DNA of 64,000 nt from Nitrospinales bacterium. GTDB taxonomy: Bacteria; Nitrospinota; Nitrospinia; Nitrospinales; VA-1. Positions 1-10,001 of the stretch are shown piece by piece (position 1 is the first letter of the stretch; each line of letters opens with the position of its first letter). The stretch covers positions 672,001 through 736,000 of the forward strand of contig OZ253496.1 of NCBI GenBank assembly GCA_965262115.1, read 5' to 3'. The notes under the pieces were generated by a model. The model made no database searches and was not told where the DNA came from. It was given only the letters and a program-made list of their open reading frames with translations. Position numbers and translations under genes: made by a program.

Positions 1-349
1 GCTGGCTTTGCAGGCTTTCTACATCGTCTTTCAATTCATTTCTATCCGTGCGCTGGTCGACACTGGCAAAACCTTCCGGGTCGCCTTCAATAAAACCGTC
101 CTCGCCTGCGTCTATATCCGAGAATCCGCTATCCTCAGCAAAAAAATCATCCTCATAGGAACCCGCTCTTTCACCCCTTCTTCCGCGATCCACGGTTCTT
201 TCATCTTCAAAAGGAAAATCTTCCTCAAAAGCCAAGTCATCTTCATCATCCTCACCCATCCAGGGAAGATAACTGCAACCAGCAAAAGTGAACGAAAAGA
301 AAAGCACTAAAATTAAGATGAGACGGGTAAAAATGTTGGCGGGCAGCAT
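1..349 (-). CDS. Acidic lipoprotein, N-terminal part (runs off the window edge); possibly CpoB/YbgF-like
   Basis: Hand translation from ATG at 349 (GGAG upstream): MLPANIFTRLILILVLFFSFTFAGC|SYLPWMGEDDEDD...ELKDDVESLQSQ; lipobox FAGC; frame open to the edge. Not in the ORF track. Confidence 0.7.
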   Translation of the reverse strand, partial: MLPANIFTRLILILVLFFSFTFAGCSYLPWMGEDDEDDLAFEEDFPFEDERTVDRGRRGERAGSYEDDFFAEDSGFSDIDAGEDGFIEGDPEGFASVDQRTDRNELKDDVESLQSQ

Positions 350-401
350 AACTGACTCCATCAAATTCCAAAAAGGGTATCTACCCCTTAATAATCAATG
401 A

Positions 402-430
402 ATTATATGAGGTTGACCCGATAATGTCAA
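402..430 (-). promoter_or_regulatory. Consensus sigma70 promoter overlapped by an 11-bp inverted repeat (407-417/426-436)
   Basis: Minus strand TTGACA-17 nt-TATAAT upstream of the lipoprotein gene; ATGAGGTTGAC-N8-GTCAACCTCAT. Confidence 0.7.
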
Positions 431-483
431 CCTCATTATAAATGGTTTGCTCTGCTAAATATATTTAATATTGGGTCATGACC

Positions 484-1653
484 CTAAGTTTTTATTGTTC
501 TTTCAGCATGTGTTCCAGTCCTGTTCACTGACACAGCTTCAGCTAAAATCTTTGTGGCTTTTTCAATTTCTGCCATGGTATTGCTCCAGCCCAAGCTGAA
601 ACGAATGGATGAATTGATTTTATCAATGGGAATACCCATTGCTGTCAGCACGGGGGAAGGAAGCCCAGACCCCGAACTGCAGGCCGATCCCGTAGAAACA
701 GCAACTCCTGCCATATCCAGGCCAATCAGCAAGGTATCGCCTTCGACCCCTTCAAACCCAAGGTTTAAAGTGTTAGGAAGCCTGTTCTCCAAATCACCAA
801 AAATTTCAATCCCTGCAATCAGGTTGGATGCCATTTGCAGAAATTGATCGCGCAGGGAGGAAAGGTTTGAGAATTTCCGGGAAGACAAACGTGCCAGCTC
901 ACAAGCCTTGCCAAAACCTGCTATTCCCGCCACGTTCTCCGTCCCCCCTCTTCTTTTTTTCTCCTGGCTTCCCCCGCACACAGGTGAAAACAAATCCGGG
1001 CTCCACTTCCTCAAATAGAGTGCGCCGACACCCTTGGGGCCATTCAGCTTATGCGCTGAAATAGATAACATGTCTACAGGCAAATCTTGCACCCGAAGCG
1101 GAATTTTGCCTACACTTTGTACCGCATCGGTGTGAAACAAGACCCCCTTTTTCCTGGCTATTTCCCCAGCCCTTTCAATATCCTGCAAAACACCCGTCTC
1201 ACTGTTGGCGTGTTGCAAGGAAACCAACAGAGTCGTTTCTTCCAGGCAATTTTCCAATTCTTCAAAGTCAATGCGACCCAACTCATCGACCTTCAATCGG
1301 TCTACCCTGAAACCCAGGCTTTCCAATTGTCGGCATGGGTTTAAAACGGAAGGGTGTTCCACCTGACTGGTAACAATATGACCACCGGTTTTACCCAATC
1401 CCAGAGCCACTCCCAAGAGGGCGAAGTTATTCGCCTCGGTTCCTCCACTTGTAAAAACGATTTCCGAAGGAGAAACACCAAGGAGAGAAGCCACCTGTTC
1501 CCGGGCTTCATCAATAAGAACCCGGGCCGACCTGCCGATAGAGTGCACACTGGAAGGATTGCCCATCTGGTCTCGCAAAACAGAGGTGACGACATCCAGC
1601 ACTTCCGGAGCCACCGGCGTGGTGGCATTATGATCCAGATAAATTTTATCCAT
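484..1653 (-). CDS. iscS: Cysteine desulfurase (IscS/NifS, PLP class V)
   Basis: YLDHNATT, TSGGTEANN, SAHK (PLP Lys), GSACSSG (catalytic Cys). Confidence 0.93.
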   Translation of the reverse strand: MDKIYLDHNATTPVAPEVLDVVTSVLRDQMGNPSSVHSIGRSARVLIDEAREQVASLLGVSPSEIVFTSGGTEANNFALLGVALGLGKTGGHIVTSQVEHPSVLNPCRQLESLGFRVDRLKVDELGRIDFEELENCLEETTLLVSLQHANSETGVLQDIERAGEIARKKGVLFHTDAVQSVGKIPLRVQDLPVDMLSISAHKLNGPKGVGALYLRKWSPDLFSPVCGGSQEKKRRGGTENVAGIAGFGKACELARLSSRKFSNLSSLRDQFLQMASNLIAGIEIFGDLENRLPNTLNLGFEGVEGDTLLIGLDMAGVAVSTGSACSSGSGLPSPVLTAMGIPIDKINSSIRFSLGWSNTMAEIEKATKILAEAVSVNRTGTHAERTIKT

Positions 1654-1744
1654 CAACTTACCCAAAATGCAAAAATCAGATTAAACAAAATGTGTGGGTT
1701 TTAACAGGAAACGGCAAACGCTTTGTCATGCAAATCCTCTGCAA

Positions 1745-2458
1745 TCAGGATTCGGACTGGCGCCGTTTGATATCGGAAGAATCTGTGCCAACATGGAGGT
1801 CTATCCCTTCTTTCTTCAGAACTGCCTTTAAGTGACGGATTTCTTTTTCCATTTGCGGCAACCTGTAGAGCATGCATTCGATGGTCCGCGCCACAGGATC
1901 TGGGAAAGATTCCAGACCATCATCATCTTCCATATCCGAAGAGATGCCCGAAAAAACCACCCTTCCAGGAACTCCGATAACCGTAGAATACTCGGGGACA
2001 TCCTGAAGAACCACCGATCCGGAACCAATTTTCGTATTACGACCAACGTGGACCGGGCCTAAAACCTGCGCCCCGGCACCGATAACGACATTTTCAGCGA
2101 TGGTGGGATGGCGTTTGGCCTTCTTGGTAGCAAGGCCTCCCAATGTCACCCCGTGGTAAATGAATACATTATCCCCCACCTCCGACGTTTCCCCAATCAC
2201 CACGCCCATGCCATGATCGATAAAAAATCGATGGCCAATTTTCGCGGCCGGATGAATTTCTATACCCGTTATCCATCGGGAAAACTGCGACAAGGACCTG
2301 GCCAGGAAATTAAACCCCATACCCCATAATGCATGAGTCAGCCGATAGCTTATCAGGGCATGCACACCGGGATACAAAAGTAATACCTCGAAAAAATTCC
2401 TCGCGGCAGGATCTTTTTCCATGGCAACCCGGACATCTTCTGTAATTTGACGGAACAT
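1745..2458 (-). CDS. cysE: Serine O-acetyltransferase
   Basis: DPAA...[32 protein letters not shown], hexapeptide repeats. Confidence 0.95.
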   Translation of the reverse strand: MFRQITEDVRVAMEKDPAARNFFEVLLLYPGVHALISYRLTHALWGMGFNFLARSLSQFSRWITGIEIHPAAKIGHRFFIDHGMGVVIGETSEVGDNVFIYHGVTLGGLATKKAKRHPTIAENVVIGAGAQVLGPVHVGRNTKIGSGSVVLQDVPEYSTVIGVPGRVVFSGISSDMEDDDGLESFPDPVARTIECMLYRLPQMEKEIRHLKAVLKKEGIDLHVGTDSSDIKRRQSES

Positions 2459-2550
2459 AGTTAGGATGTAAACTATTGTTTATTTTTATATTATATCCCA
2501 CCCAGGGCCAGACGAAAAGCCCCAATTAGCTTCAGAGGGCATGTCTAGGC

Positions 2551-3114
2551 CTATTTAAACATGAGGGACACCAATTGAGCACGGGCATGAACCCGGAACT
2601 TGGAATATATCCTTTTAATATAGTCCTTGACGGTATGATGACTCAATCCTAACCTCTTGGCAATTTCCTTGTCGCTCAACCCATCACAAATCAGGCGGGC
2701 AACATCAGCTTCCCGGCTTGTCAACCCTGCCTCCTGCATTAAATATTTCACCTGCTCTTCGAGTTTGCCTTGAGCATCTACCTCCCCCAAATCTGATCGA
2801 TCCCTTGCCGAGTCCTGAGCTTTAAAAATTTTTAAATTATCCCTGGCTCGATCGGAAAGCGTTTTCATGATGGCCATTAAGGCATCTGGACTCGAAGACA
2901 ATTGGGCATGAAACTGTTCCTGCGTTATTTCCAGCAACTGGGTGGGCAATGCGGACATGACGGTAGCAGAACGGGGTTTGGAGCCAATCAGTGACATCTC
3001 TCCCAGATAATCACCTTCTTTTCTGCATACAATCTCTACCCCACTTTTAGAGACGATCAATTCTCCGGAAAGTATGACGTACATGGAACTGCCCTCTTCC
3101 CCATCTTTGAATAA
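2551..3114 (-). pseudogene. cNMP-binding/LuxR-HTH transcription regulator, 5'-truncated
   Basis: cNMP domain (LFKDGEEGSSMYVILSG...GEMSL...PRSATV) plus LuxR HTH (LTSREADV...GLSDKEIA). Homology continues upstream of the ATG at 3084 to about 3114, then breaks with no start codon. Confidence 0.65.
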
Positions 3115-3360
3115 GTGATCTTTCTCGGTAAAAAGGGAGACATCGAAGAATCTATTAAAAAGGTGTTACCTTTTTTTAACCCGGGTTTAACAAGTTATCA
3201 GAATCGGGAGTGGGCTGAAGCCAAAAAGTATTTTAAAAATGTATTGATGTCCCGACCAGAAGATGGTCCCTCAAAAGTCTACTTGGAGCGATGCGAAAAA
3301 TTTATCCAAGCGCCCCCTCCGGAAGATTGGGACGGCGTCTTTAATCTCAGCACAAAATAA
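3115..3360 (+). pseudogene. C-terminal tail remnant of a class III adenylate/guanylate cyclase
   Basis: LGKKG...GLTSYQNREWAEAKKYF...PEDGPSKVYLERC...PPPEDWDGVFNLSTK is the typical tail of CHASE2-type cyclases; catalytic domain absent. Confidence 0.7.
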
Positions 3361-3385
3361 GTCTTTTCCAAGATAACAACAGGGC

Positions 3386-4174
3386 TCAAGATTCGGAGGA
3401 TTCGGAATCCATAGACTGGTGGTATTCTTCCAGAATGGCGTCTTGGGTTTGCTGGTCTGCGGACTTGTAAATTCGAATGGTTTCAAAGTGGCGGGTCTGT
3501 TGAACGCGCAATAATTTAAGACGCATTAATTCCAAAATAGCAAGAAACGTCACGACAACCTCCTGTTTGCTGTTTAAAACTGTAAACAAGGATTCAAACG
3601 TAACGCTTTCTGAAGCATTAAGAATTTCCATGATGCGCTGAATCCGATCGGTGACCGACATTTCGGTGATTTCAATTTCGTAATCCTTTTCAAACGATTT
3701 CGTATCCAGGATTTTCTGGTAGGCCTTGAGCAAATCGAAAACCGATGCATCCACCAATTCTTTCCCTTCAGAGCTTTCCTCAATTTCAATCTGTCCACCC
3801 CGCGCAAAAACCTGTTGCCGGTCGTGCTCCTTCAATCTCAGCTCAAACGCCGCATCCCGATAGCGCTGGTACTCCCGCAGCCTGCGCATCAGTTCCGCGC
3901 GCGGGTCTTCCCCGGCTCCCGCATCAAATTCCTCATCGGTTTCAGGAACAGGCAGTAAAATTTTTGACTTGATCCGCGTCAACTCAGCAGCCATGACCAA
4001 ATACTCCCCGACCAGTTCAAGGTTCAACTCCTGCAGCATTTCCAGATACTCCATATACTGGCGTGTAATTTGGGCGATGGGGATATCATAGATATCCATC
4101 TTTTGTTCTTTAATAAGATGGAGAAGCAGGTCTAAAGGGCCTTCAAAAATATCCAGCTTGCATTGATAGGTCAT
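3386..4174 (-). CDS. scpA: Segregation and condensation protein A
   Basis: FEGPLDLLLHLI, YLVMAAEL, VTFLAILEL. Confidence 0.95.
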   Translation of the reverse strand: MTYQCKLDIFEGPLDLLLHLIKEQKMDIYDIPIAQITRQYMEYLEMLQELNLELVGEYLVMAAELTRIKSKILLPVPETDEEFDAGAGEDPRAELMRRLREYQRYRDAAFELRLKEHDRQQVFARGGQIEIEESSEGKELVDASVFDLLKAYQKILDTKSFEKDYEIEITEMSVTDRIQRIMEILNASESVTFESLFTVLNSKQEVVVTFLAILELMRLKLLRVQQTRHFETIRIYKSADQQTQDAILEEYHQSMDSESSES

Positions 4175-4244
4175 GGTCGGATCATCGATTCAAGGTTTCC
4201 AATACGAACAATAATAACCAGGTTTTTACTATAGAGTATGTTTT

Positions 4245-4979
4245 TTATAGATCACCCCAAAATGACTGCAAAAGAGCCAATGCTACCACAGGGGCCGTTT
4301 CCGCCCGAAGAATCCGAGGCCCCAGACTCACCGTCTGAAATCCGTATCCCCGGGCCTTCTCAATCTCTAGCAAACTGAACCCTCCTTCGGGTCCAGTTAA
4401 GACAGCGACAGAACGCGGTTCTCGATCCAACTTCAAATCTTTAAGGAAACTTTTTTCCTCCATTTCCCAAAAGACCAGTTTAAGATCCTGATAGTTATTT
4501 TTGTGGCAAAAAATTTCCAGGGTTTCAATTTTTTCTGCCACTTGAAGGACTCGAGTTCGACCGCATTGTTTGGAACTTTCCAATGCGATCTTCTTCCAGC
4601 GCTCGATTTTCTTTTCCGCCTGATCTGTTTTTACCACGCATCGCTCAGTGGTTAAAGCGGTGATGGAACACGCTCCCAGTTCCACGGACTTTCTTAAAAT
4701 CACATCAAATTTGTTACCTTTAGTCAAAGCTTGCCCCAAATGAACCGCCAGGGGAGATTCCACATTGAGCTTTTCAGAAGCAATCACTTCTCCCCGAATC
4801 TCTTTCGCCTTAACCTCAATCAACTGAACCGTGAGCAAATTATCCGAATCACTGATAACCTGAATGGATTCTCCCACCTTCAACCTTAAAACGGTTCTGA
4901 TATGGGAGACATCCGATCCGGTAAGAGTCACCCTATCATCGATAATTTGTGCTCCCGGAACAAAAAATTTATGGCTCAT
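4245..4979 (-). CDS. rsmE: 16S rRNA m3U1498 methyltransferase
   Basis: HIRTVLRL, KSVELG, SKQCGR, GPEGGF, SLGPRILRAETA. Confidence 0.95.
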   Translation of the reverse strand: MSHKFFVPGAQIIDDRVTLTGSDVSHIRTVLRLKVGESIQVISDSDNLLTVQLIEVKAKEIRGEVIASEKLNVESPLAVHLGQALTKGNKFDVILRKSVELGACSITALTTERCVVKTDQAEKKIERWKKIALESSKQCGRTRVLQVAEKIETLEIFCHKNNYQDLKLVFWEMEEKSFLKDLKLDREPRSVAVLTGPEGGFSLLEIEKARGYGFQTVSLGPRILRAETAPVVALALLQSFWGDL

Positions 4980-5698
4980 ACTTGAGCCCAATGAATCCGC
5001 AACAAATCTTCCAGGGAAGCTAATTCAAAATCAGGGCAAATATCGGCCTGTTCTTTCCTGCGGTTCAGCCAGGCCGTCTTCATCCCAACCCTATGAGCTC
5101 CAAAAATATCTACGGAAAGGCTGTCGCCGACAAAAAGAATCTCAGAAGGTTGAAACTGAAAACGGCTTATCGCAAGTTGAAAAATGGAGGGGTGCGGCTT
5201 GCGAAATGGAACTTCTGATGAATAAATGGTGAAGTCAAAAAACTTCTTCAAACCTGAGTCCTCCAGTTCTAATTCCTTCATAAAAACCGGATTGGTGGTG
5301 TTGGAAACGATTCCCATGGAAACGCCCCACTGGTTCAATTGTTCGAGAACAGCGACCACCTCGGGGAAGATCACTCTTTCCTGATAGACCTCTTGATAAT
5401 AAACTCGCAGAAGCTCCTGAAGCGGGACCTTTCCTTCCCAGGGAACTTTGAAATAAAAAAGCAGATATTGTAAAACTTCCTCATAACGGGCCTCCCGGTG
5501 GGTCGTCCGGGATAACTCGATCATCGATCTAAACAATTCCCGCGATTTTTCCAGGCATACATCAAAGTCAGGCAAGGCAATTTGTTTTGCCTGAAGACAG
5601 GCAAAAACTTTTTCAAGAGGACGCCGGTCATCCTCTTCCCCCAAGTCCACCAGAGTATGTGCCCAGTCAAAACAAATTGCTTTAAAGGGAAATTCCAT
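4976..5698 (-). CDS. HAD-family hydrolase
   Basis: FDWAHTL motif I, IVSNT, RKPHPSIF, FVGDSLSVDIFGA. Confidence 0.85.
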   Translation of the reverse strand: MEFPFKAICFDWAHTLVDLGEEDDRRPLEKVFACLQAKQIALPDFDVCLEKSRELFRSMIELSRTTHREARYEEVLQYLLFYFKVPWEGKVPLQELLRVYYQEVYQERVIFPEVVAVLEQLNQWGVSMGIVSNTTNPVFMKELELEDSGLKKFFDFTIYSSEVPFRKPHPSIFQLAISRFQFQPSEILFVGDSLSVDIFGAHRVGMKTAWLNRRKEQADICPDFELASLEDLLRIHWAQV

Positions 5699-5923
5699 TT
5701 CTCACCCGTTGTTGCTGTATTCCAGTCCGTAAAATATGAGAGATCAACATTAACAAATTAAAACCGATAATCCCTTATTAATCAATATTTAAAATGACAA
5801 ATTCGAGGCAGGTTGATTCCCGGAAATTTACCGTGACAACTCCACGAAGTATGTTCTTGACCCTCAACCTCATCCACTAAATAATACCAGTACAAAGAGA
5901 ATAAAGGAACTGCGGAAAAACCC

Positions 5924-6463
5924 ATGACTCCTGAAAACATAAAAGCCCTGCCCGAAAACATTCGTTCGAATCAGGAATTGATTCAGGAAGCGATCCGCTT
6001 AGGTTGTACCAAGGCAAAAGTGATCTTAACAAAAACCATATCCATGGCCCATTGGATGAAACTGCAATGCCAATATGGTTGCTCTCATTATGGATCACTA
6101 CTTACCTGTCCTCCCTACACTCCCAATGCGGAAGAAATGTCAGAAGTCCTTGTCGATTATGACAAGGCCTTGCTCATCAATGCCAGCCCGGGAACAAATG
6201 TCAGAGAAATTGTCGTCCAGTTGGAAAATCTCTTAAAGGAGAAAGGTTTTAACAAAGCTTTCGCTTTATGCGGTCAGCCTTGCGACCTGTGTGAGCCCTG
6301 CACGATTGCTACGCATTGCCAGTTCCCCGATAAAGCCCGGCCCACTATGCAGTCCTGCGGCATCGATGTGAATGAAACCATCCACAATAACGGATGGGAT
6401 GACCTTGGCCCACAGACCCCCTGCGCTCCGACCCATGCTATTGGCATGGTGCTTATAGATTAA
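5924..6463 (+). CDS. DUF2284-like Cys-rich metal-binding protein
   Basis: CQYGCSHYG...TCPP, CDLCEPC...CQFPDKARPTMQSCGIDV. Confidence 0.8.
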   Translation: MTPENIKALPENIRSNQELIQEAIRLGCTKAKVILTKTISMAHWMKLQCQYGCSHYGSLLTCPPYTPNAEEMSEVLVDYDKALLINASPGTNVREIVVQLENLLKEKGFNKAFALCGQPCDLCEPCTIATHCQFPDKARPTMQSCGIDVNETIHNNGWDDLGPQTPCAPTHAIGMVLID

Positions 6464-6510
6464 GAACCGTCTATAATACCCCCACTCAATCATCTTATTT
6501 TTAAATTCCC

Positions 6511-7677
6511 GTGGGTTATCGTTACGCAATCATTGGAACAGGCCGTCAGGGTCTCTCTACCGCATATGATCTGGCCCGGTTTGGCTCTGCCGAGAAAATC
6601 CTTCTCTGCGATCTCAATTTGGAAACCGCAGAGAAGGGAGCCGAAAAACTACGCACCCTGCTTTCACAAGACCTATTCCGCCCGATCCAATTGGATGCAG
6701 GAAACCCTGACCAACTCCGTCAAACATTAAAAGAAATCGACTCGGCCATCAGCGCGGTCCCCTTCACCTTCAACCTAGGAATCACTCAGGCTGCAATCGA
6801 TAGCAAAACCAACCTGTGCGATCTGGGCGGACACACCGAGACTGTTCTCAAACAATTGGCTCTTGATGAAACCGTAAAATCTTCAGGCATCACCGTTGTT
6901 CCAGACTGCGGCATGGGACCGGGACTCAATATCTCCCTTGGGGTTCTGGCCATGAGCTTCGTGGAAAAGCCCGTCAACCTGTTTATCTGGGATGGCGGCC
7001 TGCCGCTCAATCCGACTCCTCCCTGGAACTATATTTCCACATTCAACATGAATGGTTTGACCAACGAATATGAGGGGCCGGCCTGGTTCATTCTGGATGG
7101 CAAGCCGACACAAGTCCCTTGCCTCAGCGAAGTGGAAGAGTTGGACTTTCCTGCCCCGTTAGGGCGTTTGGAAGCGGCGGTAACTGCAGGTGGGCTATCC
7201 ACCGCTCCCTGGACATTTGCGGACAAACTTCAGCGCCTGGAAAACAAAACCTTGCGCTTCCCAGGCCACTGGCAAACATTTTGAGCCTTCCAGCAACTGG
7301 GTTTATTTGAGCAAAATCCTGTCACGCTCAAAGCAGAAAACTTTATTCCCAGAGAAATTTTTCACGCTCTGCTACAACCTAAAATCTCCAGCGACCTTGT
7401 CCGCGATATCTGCGTCATCCGGGCGCGATGCGAGGGAGAAACCGATGGGAAAAAAGCCATCTGCACTCTGGACCTTTGTGAGACCTACGATGCCAGTTTC
7501 ACCGCCATGGAAAAATTTACCGGTTGGCACGCCAGCATGGTCACCATTCTTTCTGCCCAAAAAAAACTGCCAGAAGGGGCCGTTCCTATCGAAACTGCCT
7601 TATCCGCTGAGTTATTGATAGAAGAGGCCAAAAAAAGAGACTGGGCTATAAAAAATAACACTCTACAGGAAGCATAA
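6511..7677 (+). pseudogene. Saccharopine dehydrogenase/lysine 6-dehydrogenase family, in-frame TGA at 7282-7284
   Basis: GTGRQG Rossmann motif, CDLGG, DCGMGPG, KTLRFPGH. The same frame continues after the TGA (AFQQLGLF...FTAMEKFTGWHAS...) to TAA at 7675-7677. Confidence 0.85.
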
Positions 7678-7753
7678 ACAGGCTAAAAAAAATATTTGTC
7701 CAAACCACTATCTTTAGGTTTACAAGTAATGAAAATTATAATACTATCCTAAG

Positions 7754-7772
7754 TAATACCCCTTAGGTATTA
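7754..7772. promoter_or_regulatory. Palindromic operator resembling CsoR/RcnR-family sites
   Basis: TAATACC-CCTTA-GGTATTA, immediately after a TTTACA-17-TACTAT promoter candidate and before the RBS of the CBS gene. Confidence 0.45.
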
Positions 7773-7784
7773 AGGAGAGAGTTT

Positions 7785-8157
7785 ATGGATACCATTCGTT
7801 CTCAAATGACCACACCGGAGTATTTATTCTGAAGCCACTGCCCAGGAAGCCGCTCAGTTAATGAAAGAAAAGGAAATCGGTTCCCTGCTCGTCGAGGGTT
7901 GCCAAGGTTATGTCGGTATTCTGGCAGAGCGCGACTTGGTATACAGATTGGTCCGTGAAGGCTTGGATCCGAAGACCACCACTCTCTCTTCAATCATGGA
8001 AGAGTCCATTCTATCCATTGACCAGGATGCATCCACCTCCGACGCATCTTTCCTGATGAAGGAATACAATATTAGCCATCTCACCGTGACGGCAGATGAT
8101 AAAATCGCAGGAATTCTTTCCCTTAGAGATTTAGCCTACCAGAAGCAACCTGTTTAA
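7785..8157 (+). pseudogene. CBS-domain protein with an early frameshift (about 7818)
   Basis: AAGGAG plus ATG 7785 gives MDTIRSQMTTP then a stop; the CBS sequence SIYSEATAQEAAQLMKEKEIGSLLV...GILAERD continues in another frame. Confidence 0.7.
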
Positions 8158-8161
8158 TGTT

Positions 8162-9403
8162 TTAACGGTTTCCCGAAGGCCAGGACTGCACTCTACCCCG
8201 ACCCGCAAGACCATCCAATTCCTGAAGTTCTTTACCGCTAATCCCTAAAAAATAAAGGATTAATTTTAAGTCGGACTGATTAATACTGGCCCGTGCCTGA
8301 CGTTGCACAATGGGCTTGGCGTTGAATGCGATTCCCAGTCCAGCCCGTGCCAGCATTTTAATATCGTTGGCACCATCCCCCACAGCAACCACTTGGCGCA
8401 GGGAGAATCCTTCCTTTTTCGCCAGAGAAACCAAGGTTTTTTCCTTGGCCTCGGCATCGATGATTTGCCCCTCCAGTTCCCCAGAAACTTTACCATTTTC
8501 TATCTTCAACTGGTTGGCGATGCCATAATCCAAGTTATAGCTATCGCGAATCTTGTCGATAAAAAACTGGAACCCCCCACTGACCAGGGCAATTTTATAA
8601 CCCAGGTACTTCAAAATATTGACCAAGGATTCCGCCCCCGGTGTCAGGGGTAAAGAATTGGACAATTGGTGCAAGCTCTCTATCGGAAGACCTTTTAAAA
8701 GTTTCACCCTTTTCAATAAAGCCGATTTGAAATCGATTTCTCCATTCACTGCCTGAACGGTAATTGCCGCTATTTCCTTCCCTACCCCCGCAAGCTTTCC
8801 CAGTTCATCAATGACTTCACATTGCAGGAAGGTCATATCGGCATCCAGCACAATCAATCTTTTGTTGCGCCGGAAATAAGTCTCCTCCTGCACAGCAATG
8901 TCGACCCCATAATTTTCCTTGAACTTCACCAGAGCGTTCAACACTTCCTCCGATGAGTGGGCCTCGCGGGTTCCGATAACAAACTCCAAGGCGTGGACAT
9001 CCCCCGAATCCAATTGTTCAATACGCAAAATGTTAATATCGAGTTCGGCAAATATCCGGGTGATTTCCAGGAATCCGGAGGATGGCATGGAGTCACAGAG
9101 CAGGGTCACCACCGAACGGTGACCATAGGCAGCATCCGGCCGAGTCGCCGTTTCCCAAGGATAGACGGTAGCTTTGAAATTCATTTTCTCCGCATAGACA
9201 GATAATGCCTCACGAAGCGGCAAAACGCGGCTCTCATCACAACCATCAAGTAGAATGGAAAGATTGAGCAGTCCATTGAAGACAAATTGCTTGATATCTA
9301 CCACATTCCAACCGGCCTGAACAATGAACTCCAGGGATTCAGCTAGAATTCCAGGCCGGTCCTGCGCTGAAATATGAATGTGTAATTGGCTGGAAGGAGA
9401 CAT
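8162..9403 (-). CDS. serB: Phosphoserine phosphatase (ACT-ACT-HAD)
   Basis: QDRPGI ACT motif, DADMTFLQCEVID, VSGGF, AVGDGAND, AFNAKP. Confidence 0.93.
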   Translation of the reverse strand: MSPSSQLHIHISAQDRPGILAESLEFIVQAGWNVVDIKQFVFNGLLNLSILLDGCDESRVLPLREALSVYAEKMNFKATVYPWETATRPDAAYGHRSVVTLLCDSMPSSGFLEITRIFAELDINILRIEQLDSGDVHALEFVIGTREAHSSEEVLNALVKFKENYGVDIAVQEETYFRRNKRLIVLDADMTFLQCEVIDELGKLAGVGKEIAAITVQAVNGEIDFKSALLKRVKLLKGLPIESLHQLSNSLPLTPGAESLVNILKYLGYKIALVSGGFQFFIDKIRDSYNLDYGIANQLKIENGKVSGELEGQIIDAEAKEKTLVSLAKKEGFSLRQVVAVGDGANDIKMLARAGLGIAFNAKPIVQRQARASINQSDLKLILYFLGISGKELQELDGLAGRGRVQSWPSGNR

Positions 9404-9406
9404 GAG

Positions 9407-9865
9407 TCAGACTTGCGGCTTGTAACGCCACCCTTCCCTTTTTTTGCAGGTCCAGACTTCATGAACTTGAAAGGTAGCCAGATTCACCAACGTTTCAGAG
9501 TTGAACAAATAAATAATTCCCTCTCCATCAATGGAGTTCCCTTTTAAATGCAAGCGCTTGAGTTTACCCAGATGCTTGGCGTTGGCGAGGAATTTCAAAC
9601 CTTCATCGCTGACGCTGTTCTGATTGAGATTCAAATACTGGACGTTTTCCAAAAATTCGCATTCGACCAGACCCTGAACTCCCTCATCCCCCAAGTTGTT
9701 ATCATCCAAGTCCAGCCAACTGACTTCCTGCATTCTCGGCGTCTGCCACAATAACCGCGCCTCTTCAGCGCTAAGCCCCTTACCGCTCAGCATCAGTTGA
9801 TTGCCGCGTAAGCGACCCTCAAAAATCTCATCAACACTCTTAAATCTGCAATTCTCGTTCATCAT
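9407..9865 (-). CDS. Small leucine-rich-repeat protein
   Basis: Repeated LxLxxNxI/L-x-DEG units. Confidence 0.8.
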   Translation of the reverse strand: MMNENCRFKSVDEIFEGRLRGNQLMLSGKGLSAEEARLLWQTPRMQEVSWLDLDDNNLGDEGVQGLVECEFLENVQYLNLNQNSVSDEGLKFLANAKHLGKLKRLHLKGNSIDGEGIIYLFNSETLVNLATFQVHEVWTCKKREGWRYKPQV

Positions 9866-10001
9866 TCTTCCTTAATTAAAGCTATGGGTGTTTTCTATAT
9901 CATGAAGCACACAGCCTGCCAATTCATTTTTTGCGGAGTGCCTCCGCCTGCAAATTGCAATGTCTTTATTTTGCCGGCAAACGTCCTTTTAGCTCAAAGA
10001 G

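Noticed and set aside
8..310. 100-aa plus-strand ORF
   Set aside because: Shadow of the minus-strand lipoprotein gene.
7282..7284. Selenocysteine or TGA reassignment
   Set aside because: The position is not in a Cys/redox motif, and TGA is a normal stop in argS and cysE.
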